Below are positions 1 to 9,787 of a stretch of 64,000 bases of DNA, piece by piece. The stretch covers positions 13,960 to 77,959 of the IMG/VR virus record IMGVR_UViG_3300037190_000626; one strand, 5' to 3'. The notes beneath the pieces are model-generated. The model was not told the origin of the DNA. It saw nothing but the letters and a program-made list of their open reading frames with translations, and did not search any database. Each line of letters starts with the position of its first letter. Position 1 is the first letter of the stretch. The position numbers and the translations under genes were made by a program. Origin of the DNA: a virus.

Positions 1-1635
1 GGAAGACAAGGTCGTCCGGCGCAAGATTATGTGTTCAAGACTTACTCACGCCGTAATGCTCAGCACGCCTCGGTCGGATTTGCAGGTATAAACTCAGTTC
101 TTGATTATGATAGTGCCCACGTAATTTGCATGAGTGACGCACTAGCAATGTTGCGTATTCAAGTTCGCAATTTTAATACTTCGATGCAGCCGCTGCCTGT
201 CATTGCATGGCGTGCAGATGAGAAATATCGTCTTTCTCATAACTGGCACTTATTTAACGGTAAGAATCTAATCTTCTGGGAATGGGCTCCCAGTGCTGCT
301 GTACTGTACCAGTGCATGATTTCAGACGGTTCTTTGACTCTGAACGTAGGGCCTAGAAAATATGACTATCGTGGAATATCGCATTGGATTCGTGATTTTA
401 AGACGATGCACGACATCGAGCGAATGGTGCTTTCGGAGGCAAAGGAATGGAAGGCTGCCCTGTATGAGTGGTCGAAGGGTGTCGCAACAACAGACGGTCA
501 AATATCCGAACTGCTGGCTGCTTGCTCTAGATTAGACTATGGGCTTTTTAATGAGGTACAAGACGCCCTCAAACTTCCGAAGGATCGGTCTCAGCATTAC
601 ACACATACAACTACGATAGGTCGAGCGTCTTATACAGAACGTTCCGGGGTATGGTATCGCAGTAACAAAGAGAAACCCATATTGCCGGGCCATGTGGAAG
701 TGCAACAGATAGTTACTCGGGGAAAGAGGTTGCCTGAGTACATCGGTGAAGTTTGTATTCGGGATGACCGTATCCCGTTCCGTATATCCGGTAAAAGTCA
801 GCGATCGTTAAATAACAGTTTGTGGGCTTTGATCGAGGCAAACGGATATTTTTGTGAGAAAACGCTTCCTGCTAATTACGCAGGACTTATGCAGATAGCG
901 CTCGCGTTTCGGTTACCGCAGATTGTAAGAGGTAAAGATCGTCTTGGGTGGGACGGGGAAGGTTTTCAATTTGAGAACTTGCGTATCTCCGGTGGCGCGT
1001 ACAAAACGACGCAGTACTTGCTACCCCAAGACGTAGGAGGGCCGCCCGGCTGTCAATATCGCTGGCGTCCTGAGGTGATCAGTAACTTACGAGCCGCTAC
1101 GGGGCATGAGTCCGTGTGGGCGTGGAGTATTGTATTTAGTTTCGGCGCTCAGCTTGTAGCTTCTATGACAGGTCGAACTATCCCGTGGATTGCCTTCGAC
1201 CATCCCACTCACTGCGATACAGCCTTTATTGAAATACTGGATCGTCTGGACGTTTCTTTGACGGGTGAGTTTTGGGATCACTATTGGCCCGTGGTGTCGA
1301 CAGTTACACCTAACAGGCGTCAAAAATTTAGGGCTACAATTATTAACGAGGGGGAAACACCTAAGACAAATAGAGGGGTTTACCGTGTGGTCTCCCCCGA
1401 AGTAAACGCAGATTTTTCACCTAAAAATGTGCCCTTGTCCTTCAAGACCGTACTTCCTGATTTTTTGAAGTGGTCAACGGACAACGTAACTGCTTCTACT
1501 TTTTCAGACGAAATACACTGGCAGCTTCAGGTGTTAGCTCTGTTTAAAGCGTGGGCTAAGGACAGAAAAATAACTGGGCTGTACCCCGTGTTTAAAGAGG
1601 CAGCCCAGTGTCTTACATGTCTTCCCAGTCCTTAA
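1..1635 (+). CDS. Large hypothetical protein, 5'-truncated by the window edge
   Basis: Frame is open from base 1 into the 534-aa ORF. No motif confidently recognised; RLGWDGEGF is only weakly reminiscent of DUF927-type domains. Confidence 0.6.
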   Translation, partial: GRQGRPAQDYVFKTYSRRNAQHASVGFAGINSVLDYDSAHVICMSDALAMLRIQVRNFNTSMQPLPVIAWRADEKYRLSHNWHLFNGKNLIFWEWAPSAAVLYQCMISDGSLTLNVGPRKYDYRGISHWIRDFKTMHDIERMVLSEAKEWKAALYEWSKGVATTDGQISELLAACSRLDYGLFNEVQDALKLPKDRSQHYTHTTTIGRASYTERSGVWYRSNKEKPILPGHVEVQQIVTRGKRLPEYIGEVCIRDDRIPFRISGKSQRSLNNSLWALIEANGYFCEKTLPANYAGLMQIALAFRLPQIVRGKDRLGWDGEGFQFENLRISGGAYKTTQYLLPQDVGGPPGCQYRWRPEVISNLRAATGHESVWAWSIVFSFGAQLVASMTGRTIPWIAFDHPTHCDTAFIEILDRLDVSLTGEFWDHYWPVVSTVTPNRRQKFRATIINEGETPKTNRGVYRVVSPEVNADFSPKNVPLSFKTVLPDFLKWSTDNVTASTFSDEIHWQLQVLALFKAWAKDRKITGLYPVFKEAAQCLTCLPSP

Positions 1636-3595
1636 GGCTGCCCGGGGTAAGAGCGGAACCCAGCTCAGGTCCAACTTCCACGTCTTCGTACTGTGACAGA
1701 TCAGGCCATCTGCCGGTCATATGACATAACATCATTGTTCCCATATTGACGGCTTGCGCAAAATCGTCGGGACCTGCTGGATCTCTTAGGATCTTGTAGC
1801 TATCACGTCCGAATGCGCTTTCGGTTTTATCCTCGATTAGGTTGAGGAAATCGTGTAGCAGACCTTTTTCTCCGGACCCCTTATAGTCGTATTGGAACGT
1901 CCGGATAACTCCTGATTTAATAAACTGGCACGTGTAGTTTAATGACCGGGCTTTATCCATAGTAAAGTGATCCCGGGGGTGTAGATCTGTGGCGGGTTTG
2001 AAGTTGAGGACGTTTCCTCTCGCTGTTCCGACGTACGCAATAGGGATAATATTCTGTTGCGGCAGTCCCGCCTGACTCATGACAGTTTCACGGATGGTTC
2101 CTGCTCCCGTGTAATCATGCACTAAGTGTGAGCACTTGAAGTGATTCATGATACCTAGAATAATCTTAGCCTCCCGGACATGCGCGTGAGGATGCAGGCT
2201 TCGATACCCATAGAGAACATCTATTTTCCCGTCCGATGAGTAGCCCATGACGGCAATGGACGTGTAAGACTGGTAGGCCATATCGGATTTACCTTTACTG
2301 ACACCTCCTCCTCCCCAATCCACCGAACATACGCGGTAGTTATATTCGTCAATGTGCTTAACGGCGTCTTCTAGTTCTCTAGGCCACGGAAGTCTTGCGG
2401 CTTTTTTGAGGTCCGTAATGGTGACGAGTTTACTGCCGGAGTCGTAGGATTCACCGCAGACTTCGTTCATGAAGACATTGACAGGTGTATTGCCTTTACC
2501 TTGTTGCTTACCGACTAACACTTCCCATTTCTCTGCGTCGGCGTAATGCATCGGCATGATGATTTGCGGCACGTGATAACCTGCGAAGGACCAGCGTTTT
2601 TCTGGGTACCTGTGTACCCATCTACCTGTTCCTCCTTGATAGGGTGGTCTAGGGTTTATTGGTTTTCTACACTTAGCACACACTACGCCCGGGCAGTTCT
2701 CAGATATATCCTCGTGGTGAGGGCCAATCATCTTAACGAGGTCGTACTCTATTGAAGGGATATTCCAGTAAGAGCAATGAGGGCATTTGACCATCCATTC
2801 GGCCATTGAGCTGTCTAGCCACAATGTTTCGATTGTATTGTCAAGCGTCTTCGGAGTACCCGCATACTGGAGAAGACCCCAGTCACGAGATGCTGAAATG
2901 GTTTCATGAATAACGGGCAAGAAGGAGATGTCCATGTCCTGTACTTCGTCGATAACGTTTTTGTCGGCGGAGATACCGCGAGTACGCTCGGCGTCCATCG
3001 AGGCGAATGAGAAGATCATTTGCGATCGGTTTTTAAAACTACGCTGTAGTACAGAGTTAATTGTGGTGGTTCCTGAGAAGAGCTTCATCACAGGAGAAGT
3101 TTCAATAAAAGGACGCACGTAGTTCTGGGAGAAACGGCGAATCATTTCAAAGAGGGGAGTAATGTAGAGGGTGCTGAAATAGGGAATACAGTTACTAAAT
3201 AGAACACCCTGAGCTGCAAGTGAAGTAGATTTTGAAACCTGACGTCCGGTTTTCAGAAGAGTCTTACGGGGCATTCGTGTTCTAAAAAACGGTGAGAAGG
3301 GGAAGTGATCGTGTAAGTGATAAGGTTTTCCCCGAATTTGTAGCAGTAACGGAAGCAGTGGTTTCAGGGTAAGATGCCCTGTCTTTTTCATTAGATGGCT
3401 GGCAGCCAGAAGTCGTTTACTAACTTCGTCTTCGTGGCCTGTCAGCCGGATATCTTTTAGCAAGTCGGAGGACATCAAGGGACCGATATCAATCATCCCT
3501 TCTCTGTCTTCTTGCTGTATAACGTCGCGGGCCGTTCGTCGCCCCGGTTTACTTTGTTGATCTTCAAGATCGGAAGGAGTTGATGTATGTTTCAT
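1613..3595 (-). CDS. terL: Terminase large subunit (GpA-like)
   Basis: Walker A-like KTGRQVSKST, Walker B NVIDEVQD, coupling motif AGTPKT, CPHC/CAKC zinc insert, C-terminal nuclease region SVDWGG...DDFAQA. Start moved to ATG at 3595. Confidence 0.85.
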   Translation of the reverse strand: MKHTSTPSDLEDQQSKPGRRTARDVIQQEDREGMIDIGPLMSSDLLKDIRLTGHEDEVSKRLLAASHLMKKTGHLTLKPLLPLLLQIRGKPYHLHDHFPFSPFFRTRMPRKTLLKTGRQVSKSTSLAAQGVLFSNCIPYFSTLYITPLFEMIRRFSQNYVRPFIETSPVMKLFSGTTTINSVLQRSFKNRSQMIFSFASMDAERTRGISADKNVIDEVQDMDISFLPVIHETISASRDWGLLQYAGTPKTLDNTIETLWLDSSMAEWMVKCPHCSYWNIPSIEYDLVKMIGPHHEDISENCPGVVCAKCRKPINPRPPYQGGTGRWVHRYPEKRWSFAGYHVPQIIMPMHYADAEKWEVLVGKQQGKGNTPVNVFMNEVCGESYDSGSKLVTITDLKKAARLPWPRELEDAVKHIDEYNYRVCSVDWGGGGVSKGKSDMAYQSYTSIAVMGYSSDGKIDVLYGYRSLHPHAHVREAKIILGIMNHFKCSHLVHDYTGAGTIRETVMSQAGLPQQNIIPIAYVGTARGNVLNFKPATDLHPRDHFTMDKARSLNYTCQFIKSGVIRTFQYDYKGSGEKGLLHDFLNLIEDKTESAFGRDSYKILRDPAGPDDFAQAVNMGTMMLCHMTGRWPDLSQYEDVEVGPELGSALTPGSLKDWEDM

Positions 3596-4084
3596 ATAAT
3601 TGTGACACTTAATAAAAGTGGGAGGTGTATTCGTGATGTTTTCGCGTACAATAAACTTTCGCAAGTATAATTTCGTCTCTAAAGCATAACGTAGATAGGA
3701 GGAGTCATGCCATCTCGAAGCCCTTTTGCGTTCCAACGCAGAAAACAGCTCAGGTCACTTAACTGGCCCGCTTCAACTTTTTCGCCGGATGAACTGTTAG
3801 TTCATAAATATCCTTCAGGTAAGACGCTACAAAAACTTGTGGCTGCCGAGGGGGATTCACCGCCGTTACGTGCGAAGCTTGTCGAGTGGACACCTCCTGA
3901 TTCGGAGGAGTAAACACCATGGGAGATTTACTAAAAACATTCTCCACCATATTTGCAATCGCGGTAATATCGTGTGTAATTGTGGCTGGCGGTTTCCCCA
4001 TCTTAATCTTTGCGATTTTGGGGTATGCCGCCGGAATGTATTTTATAGATGATAAATTGAATAAATGAGAAAAAACGATAACGA

Positions 4085-4447
4085 ATGATAATTGAATTAA
4101 TTATTGCCGCCTTAGCGACATGGGAGATCATTGAGATATGGCATCATAGTCTCTTGTTCGCCCCACTGCGTGCCCGCACTGAGCTTTGGACAAATAAATT
4201 GGGAGAGCTTATTGGCTGCCCCTTTTGTCTGGCTCCGTGGGTAGCGCTGTTGTCTGTGATGGTACTTTTTTCGCCTGAATGGTTTGGTTGGTCAGTCTGG
4301 TCCGGTTTAAGAGTTATATGGTACTCTTTTGCGGTAGCTAGGTTGGCTAACCTAGGCAATGATTATTTTAAAGCAACGTGTCGTACGCCTACACCGTACG
4401 ATGGATTACTAGATTACCCTAATGAAGATGAAACAAGTGGTGATTAA
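4085..4447 (+). CDS. Small membrane protein, DUF1360-like
   Basis: Hydrophobic segments with the LIGCPFCLAPWVA (CPxC) motif. Confidence 0.6.
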   Translation: MIIELIIAALATWEIIEIWHHSLLFAPLRARTELWTNKLGELIGCPFCLAPWVALLSVMVLFSPEWFGWSVWSGLRVIWYSFAVARLANLGNDYFKATCRTPTPYDGLLDYPNEDETSGD

Positions 4448-4884
4448 TGGATGATATAAAGAAAGATAGCGATGTAAAACAAGCGGGCGTTATGTTCGAC
4501 TCTCAGTTAGTCGAATTTTTTATGCCTACTATTACCGAAGCGTTTGCGGAGCATGCAGACGTGTTGAGGTCGGTGATTGTGAGCTTTGATTTTTACGGTC
4601 CGTTTAATGACACCGAAGGTGTTAGTAAGGGGATATGGTTAGGATCAGAAGGTGCTCAGACCGACCCGTCGGGTATTATTGGTTCCGCAGGAGTTACTCT
4701 TCAGGCAGCCGCTACAATTATTGATAGGGGTTTTCAGCTCCTAGGTGGTGTGCGTGAAGAGCTAGAAAAAACTCTTCAGGAGCTTAAGGAAAGGAGAGAG
4801 GAGCTTGAACAAGTCAAAACAGAACTCGGAAGTATCCGAGACACTGGAGGAGCTTCTTCTTCGACTTCAGATCCAGCCAGCTGA
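4447..4884 (+). CDS. Hypothetical protein with C-terminal coiled coil
   Basis: 145-aa ORF, start overlaps the previous stop (TAATG). Confidence 0.6.
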   Translation: MDDIKKDSDVKQAGVMFDSQLVEFFMPTITEAFAEHADVLRSVIVSFDFYGPFNDTEGVSKGIWLGSEGAQTDPSGIIGSAGVTLQAAATIIDRGFQLLGGVREELEKTLQELKERREELEQVKTELGSIRDTGGASSSTSDPAS

Positions 4885-5398
4885 TTGGGACCTTCTCATA
4901 ATTGGCGACGGCTCAGGCAGCAATTGGAATTACCAAAGCGGTTGGGCCTCTGTTTCGATAGAGAAAGCGACCTTGGAGAGACGTGTTTGGTTCGGGGCGA
5001 TGAACTGTGGGACAGTTAATTTCTCGGAAATGATGGCTTACTTGCAGCCGCTTAATTGGTACGTTGCACAAGAGTTGTCACGACGAAGTAACCGGGGAAA
5101 AGTGCGTTTCCGTAATGTGCATATAATTACAGACAGTAAATACTGTACGGATATGGGGGAAAGAAAGAATCTTACCCCTAATAAAAATGGCTCTCTGTGG
5201 CGTATCTTTGACGATTTCCAACGTCATGGTTTGCTGCTACACTGGCACTGGATTCCACGCGCTAGTGTGGGATTAAATGTGTACGTAGATAAGCTGAGCA
5301 AGGAAGCTCGCTTAACGATTAAAAACTGTCAGGCACAAGAGCGAATAGAAGATTCAGGATTCGATGATTCTCGCACGGTGTATGACTTCAATCCTTAG
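4805..5398 (+). CDS. Ribonuclease HI-like protein
   Basis: IIGDGSG...TVNFSEMMA...IITDSKY...WHWIPR...NVYVDKLSK matches the RNase H D-E-D-D layout. Confidence 0.8.
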   Translation: MNKSKQNSEVSETLEELLLRLQIQPADWDLLIIGDGSGSNWNYQSGWASVSIEKATLERRVWFGAMNCGTVNFSEMMAYLQPLNWYVAQELSRRSNRGKVRFRNVHIITDSKYCTDMGERKNLTPNKNGSLWRIFDDFQRHGLLLHWHWIPRASVGLNVYVDKLSKEARLTIKNCQAQERIEDSGFDDSRTVYDFNP

Positions 5399-5408
5399 GA
5401 CGTGCGGA

Positions 5409-5996
5409 ATGAACCAGTGGTGGCAAATGTGGAATAGCTATTTCACGCCTGATGAGTGCAAAGAGATAATTTCTCTAGGCGCTGACTTGGGAAGTCGTGA
5501 GGGCACGATAGGCCACGGCAGTGGTAACAGTGTCAACAGTAAAATGCGACGATCAAAAGTCGGCTGGTTTGATCGAGGTGCTGAAAAATACCAGTGGTTA
5601 TTTAGGCGGCTTGAGAACTCTTTTCAGTTTGCCAATGTAAACGCCTTTAATTTTGAGCTGACGTACTTTCGTGAGATACAGTTCACAGAGTATGACGCGG
5701 ATTATGAAGGCAAGTACGACTGGCACGAGGATTGTACTTGGTGTATGAATCACCCGACCCGTAGGAAGCTGAGCATATGCGTTCAGTTGAGTAATTCTAG
5801 TGATTACGTAGGGGGCGACTTAGAGGTTGATGCTTCGCAGGTAGGCGGAGACGGTCAAGTTCCGGACGCTAAGAAGATACGAGAACGGGGTACGACTTTG
5901 GTGTTTCCGTCTTTTTTGAGGCACCGTGTGACTCCCGTGACGTCAGGAAAACGTTATTCGCTAGTGACGTGGTATGAAGGACCACCGTTTCGATAA
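5409..5996 (+). CDS. 2OG-Fe(II) oxygenase (PKHD-type)
   Basis: YDWHED (HxD), RKLSICVQLS, YVGGDL, FPSFLRHRVTPVTSGKRYSLVTW. Confidence 0.9.
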   Translation: MNQWWQMWNSYFTPDECKEIISLGADLGSREGTIGHGSGNSVNSKMRRSKVGWFDRGAEKYQWLFRRLENSFQFANVNAFNFELTYFREIQFTEYDADYEGKYDWHEDCTWCMNHPTRRKLSICVQLSNSSDYVGGDLEVDASQVGGDGQVPDAKKIRERGTTLVFPSFLRHRVTPVTSGKRYSLVTWYEGPPFR

Positions 5997-6011
5997 GGTA
6001 CTACAAATGAA

Positions 6012-6332
6012 ATGATAGACAATTTTGACGATTTAATAGTCGGCTTAAATGAGCCGATTAAATTACCAAAGAAGGAGCAGGAAACTGCTCCTTTTTCTAA
6101 TGACCCAGCTTACTACCACCAGAACTTACCCCCGGACGATGAACCGGAACCGAAAGAAAAATTACGGAAAGTGCGTCCTTCCAGCTGGAAGGATGTGGAT
6201 TCATTCGTCAAGACACGCAAGCTTACATGCGGAACGTGTCGAAAGTATTTGAATCCGGGGGACAAAGCGTGGCGCGTAGAGTACTACGACGGCGACGTGA
6301 TCTGGTGGTGTATAGCGTGTTATGAGGACTAA
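6012..6332 (+). CDS. Hypothetical protein with CxxC pairs (possible zinc finger)
   Basis: CGTC and CIAC in a 106-aa ORF within an operon-like run. Confidence 0.55.
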   Translation: MIDNFDDLIVGLNEPIKLPKKEQETAPFSNDPAYYHQNLPPDDEPEPKEKLRKVRPSSWKDVDSFVKTRKLTCGTCRKYLNPGDKAWRVEYYDGDVIWWCIACYED

Positions 6333-6334
6333 TT

Positions 6335-6904
6335 ATGAGTGAAGTTACAAGCGAAAGCGATTGGGTAAAAAAGTATAATATGGAGCGAGAAGCGAAGAAG
6401 AACGTATTCAAGGATAAAATGCCGTTATGGTGCAAGTTCTTCACGGAGAATGGAATTGCGCAAGTACTGTGTGAATACGAAGGTTCAGGGGACAATGGCT
6501 GTATCGATGCCGTTTATTTCTTCAAGGAATACAACGAGGATCGGTCAAGCTGCGGGTACCACACAGAAGACGATGAGATACCTAAGGACGAGATAGCCAA
6601 GATAAAACTCCCAGACCACTTGAAACAAGAGACGTGGATACCGCAAAAAGACCAAGAGGCGAAGTGGGGGATTCCTGAAAAAGACCAAGAGGTCACGGAT
6701 TCCTATGATTACTGGGCGTCGGAAGCTTTACCTGACGGGTTCGAGATAAACGACGGGGGTTTTGGAATTCTCAATCTCAATGTAGCCGAGTGTCGTATGA
6801 CTGTTGAAGCTAATACAAGAGTGACTCACTTTGAAACGGATACATACGAATTCAGCAAAGCGGAGGACGTCGATGGCACACCCCTTACATCACTCGATAA
6901 GTAG
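6335..6904 (+). CDS. Hypothetical protein, DUF6878-like
   Basis: EYEGSGDNGCID and GFEINDGGFG motifs. Short internal duplication IPQKDQE/IPEKDQE. Confidence 0.55.
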   Translation: MSEVTSESDWVKKYNMEREAKKNVFKDKMPLWCKFFTENGIAQVLCEYEGSGDNGCIDAVYFFKEYNEDRSSCGYHTEDDEIPKDEIAKIKLPDHLKQETWIPQKDQEAKWGIPEKDQEVTDSYDYWASEALPDGFEINDGGFGILNLNVAECRMTVEANTRVTHFETDTYEFSKAEDVDGTPLTSLDK

Positions 6905-7346
6905 CGTGAAGCGGTGGGGCGGTGAAGTAGAGGACTACTTGCCTATCCACAACTTCTTGGACAGCACTAAGGCGCACATGGGCGACATTCGTCACCGTGC
7001 GTTATTGCACAACACATGGGGGGTGTTCCTATGTGAGAAACTTTTTGGTATTTCTATTTGTAACAGTAATGGAAGGGATGTTCCCGTCCGGACAATTGCA
7101 GAAAAACATGTGGTGGAGGATTGTGGTTTCATTCCGTCTGTGTCAGACTGGCTGAAGAATTTACAGGCGTGCGAACCTTGGATGAAACGTGTCGGGATTA
7201 AAGATCCCCATCTTAACTCTGGAGAAGAAGAAAATGGCTACAACAAAATCAAAAACCGAGACGACAGTGACAGCGCAGAAAACGAAGGGGCAACGAAAGA
7301 AGACCAAGCAACAGAAAGTTGTAAGTTTTCGCACGAAGTACCCTAA
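6873..7346 (+). CDS. DUF6915-like protein
   Basis: MAHPLHHSISSVKRWGG...HRALLHNTWG...VPVRTIAEKHVVEDCG. RBS GGAGG upstream of ATG 6873. Confidence 0.65.
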   Translation: MAHPLHHSISSVKRWGGEVEDYLPIHNFLDSTKAHMGDIRHRALLHNTWGVFLCEKLFGISICNSNGRDVPVRTIAEKHVVEDCGFIPSVSDWLKNLQACEPWMKRVGIKDPHLNSGEEENGYNKIKNRDDSDSAENEGATKEDQATESCKFSHEVP

Positions 7347-7614
7347 CATGACGAATAAGGAAATCGCAGAAAAGGTCGGGTGTAATCCGACTTATGTTTC
7401 TCAGATTTTACGGGGGTCCTTACCTTCTACTAAGATGACGAGGACTTCGAACGTCGGGGCAACGACAACTGCCGCTAAACGTCGCACTGCGGTAACTTCG
7501 CCCACTACCGGAGCGCTTCTTGCCGCATATCACGAGATGGAATGTATTGTGAAGCGCGTCGGAACGTGCTCCGCTAAGACTATGCTGGAGGATATTTCGA
7601 ACGGAACCACCTGA
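7234..7614 (+). CDS. HTH DNA-binding protein
   Basis: MTNKEIAEKVGCNPTYVSQIL helix-turn-helix. Confidence 0.65.
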   Translation: MATTKSKTETTVTAQKTKGQRKKTKQQKVVSFRTKYPNMTNKEIAEKVGCNPTYVSQILRGSLPSTKMTRTSNVGATTTAAKRRTAVTSPTTGALLAAYHEMECIVKRVGTCSAKTMLEDISNGTT

Positions 7615-8144
7615 TGAAACTTAGCGGTAAAGAGATTCAACGCCGGGTCGAAGATAGTTCAATTGTAATTGAGCCCTTCGACCCGGCTTTTTTAAACCCC
7701 AATTCTTACGACCTGCGTCTTGGGGAGAAGCTTCTGGTTTATTCTGAAAAGTGCTTGGACGCAGCGAAAGACAACCAGACAGAAGAAATCGTGATCCCTA
7801 CTGAGGGGCTCATGCTACTGCCCGGAGAGTTATATCTGGGAGCAACGCAGGAATATACAGAAACCCCTAATCTTATCCCCTGCATTGAAGGCAGGAGTAG
7901 CATTGGACGATTAGGGATCAGCGTTCACACCACCGCTGGGTTCGGTGACGTAGGCTTCTGTGGGACGTGGACACTGGAGATCAGTGCCACCAAGCCCGTG
8001 TATGTCTACGCTGGGATGCGTGTCTGTCAGATCTATTACGAGCTCATAGAGGGCGAGTATGACAGCTACGACTCTGCGAAATATCAGGGTCAACGTGAAC
8101 CCCGACCGAGCGGAATATGGCGTGAAAAGGAGGAATGGAAATGA
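7614..8144 (+). CDS. dcd: dCTP deaminase
   Basis: NPNSYDLRL, EGRSSIGRLG, TAGFGDVGFCGTWTLE, KYQGQ. Confidence 0.92.
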   Translation: MKLSGKEIQRRVEDSSIVIEPFDPAFLNPNSYDLRLGEKLLVYSEKCLDAAKDNQTEEIVIPTEGLMLLPGELYLGATQEYTETPNLIPCIEGRSSIGRLGISVHTTAGFGDVGFCGTWTLEISATKPVYVYAGMRVCQIYYELIEGEYDSYDSAKYQGQREPRPSGIWREKEEWK

Positions 8145-8566
8145 AACTTAGTGAAAAAGACAAAGTGAATCTAATAGACGCACTTAAAGAATGGAAAGAA
8201 TGTATCGGTCCCAAAGAGATGGACGAGCAAGATGCTGGTTTAGACGATGACCGCTACATTGACATGATGGCCCGACTGGAAGGAACGGGAGAGAGTACGA
8301 TAACGACATTATTCAAAGGCGAGTACGTGCTGGTTGATTTGGTTGATGAAACCATAGAGCTAACAGTAGAGAACAATGTATATAGTCGCTCAGAATCCTT
8401 AGAGCTTCTAGAGGAACTAAAAAGGGCGTGTGCCGCAAGTAGATTTACAAAGAAGTCGGATGCGGACGACTATTTAAGCCGCTATCCCAATCACCTTCCA
8501 AGATTGCTGGAGGAGATTGAAGGCCGCGCCGAACGTAGAGAAAATCGTAAAGGAGATGAGCAATGA
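8141..8566 (+). CDS. Hypothetical protein
   Basis: ORF coupled to both neighbours by ATGA overlaps. Confidence 0.55.
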   Translation: MKLSEKDKVNLIDALKEWKECIGPKEMDEQDAGLDDDRYIDMMARLEGTGESTITTLFKGEYVLVDLVDETIELTVENNVYSRSESLELLEELKRACAASRFTKKSDADDYLSRYPNHLPRLLEEIEGRAERRENRKGDEQ

Positions 8567-8859
8567 GTAGAGATATTAATTACCTCCGGCTGCCTGTTTA
8601 TATGCAGGACTCAGTCCAGTGGTATATCGAGGCAGGGCAGCCATTTGGCCATTTCTTAACTGCGGTATTCAGTAATGATTTGTCCGGTGCTTTCGCGCAT
8701 GCTGATGATGCAAACCGGGAAGCTTTGCACGATTACGTTAAATTCCTTTACAACGAACCTATCCCCGGTGGCTGTAAAGGATCTAAAGAAAACGTTAAAG
8801 CTTGGATTAAATCAGGGGGATTAAAAGGACAAAGGAACGAACAAAATGTACGAACATGA
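8563..8859 (+). CDS. Phage hypothetical protein
   Basis: GHFLTAVFSNDLSGAFAHAD motif recalled from small phage proteins. RBS AAGGAG. Confidence 0.6.
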   Translation: MSRDINYLRLPVYMQDSVQWYIEAGQPFGHFLTAVFSNDLSGAFAHADDANREALHDYVKFLYNEPIPGGCKGSKENVKAWIKSGGLKGQRNEQNVRT

Positions 8860-9202
8860 TTTGAGAGATATGGCAAAGAACCTAGAGGAAGCAGGTTTGC
8901 TGATCCCGGTTCTTGAGCCAGAGATGGCTGTTAAACAGGCCGCTGAGTGCATGCAAAAGTCTTGGGAAGACAAGATTGCTATTGTGTGGTGTGTAGAGGA
9001 CGTTAAAAGCATGGCCACTATACGCGGACCGTTTCCTGCAAATTCCACGATCACTGACAGCTGGATGACAGACGAAGAGGCGATGGAAATTCTGCGTTAC
9101 ATGCGACGTAAACACGATGCGGAAATAGGTATTAATTGGACTGTCATTCAGCATTACGTGGATGAGCTTAAATACGAGAAGGAACAGAAGGGCAAAGAAT
9201 GA
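8846..9202 (+). CDS. Phage hypothetical protein
   Basis: IAIVWCVEDV...HDAEIGINWTVI motif; coupled to neighbours. Confidence 0.6.
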   Translation: MYEHDLRDMAKNLEEAGLLIPVLEPEMAVKQAAECMQKSWEDKIAIVWCVEDVKSMATIRGPFPANSTITDSWMTDEEAMEILRYMRRKHDAEIGINWTVIQHYVDELKYEKEQKGKE

Positions 9203-9346
9203 TGGAAGATACTAAGATACTAGATGCGGTTTTAGATATGGTAGACGTCAACGTCAATGGTGACTGGTGCGGCAATGACCCGGCACAAGAGTTCCAAGAA
9301 ATTGCCAATTTCATTAGAGACGAGCGTACTAAGAAGGAGCGTAACA

Positions 9347-9691
9347 ATGGCCAAGCTGAAGGAAATGAGACTGTATGACTACTTGTGTACAGTCGATAGA
9401 GTAATTGATGGCGACACTGTAGACGTTGTCATTGATATGGGCTTCTACTTGAAGCAGACGGTACGTATCCGCCTGCTGAACGTGGATACTCCCGAACGTG
9501 GCCACGACGAGTGGGGCACCGCTACGGAGGCGATTAAGGACTTGATTAAACAAGGGGAAAAAGTCGATAAGAGATTCTGGCTTAGCACCCATAAAACAGG
9601 CAAATTCGGAAGATGGTTAGGGACCTTGGTCTCTTACGATAAAGAGATTGCTATCAACGTGACTCTTTCTGAACGTTGGCCTGCCAAGTGA
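9347..9691 (+). CDS. Thermonuclease (SNase-like) family protein
   Basis: RVIDGDTVDV...RIRLLNVDTPE...GKFGRWLG. RBS AAGGAG before ATG 9347. Confidence 0.85.
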   Translation: MAKLKEMRLYDYLCTVDRVIDGDTVDVVIDMGFYLKQTVRIRLLNVDTPERGHDEWGTATEAIKDLIKQGEKVDKRFWLSTHKTGKFGRWLGTLVSYDKEIAINVTLSERWPAK

Positions 9692-9787
9692 TAATGGATT
9701 ATCAACATCAAATCTTTATACCGAAACTTTAAGGTTCATGAGGCAGCTAGGAGGCTGGCAATAAGTGATGCTTTACTTAAGCAATTA

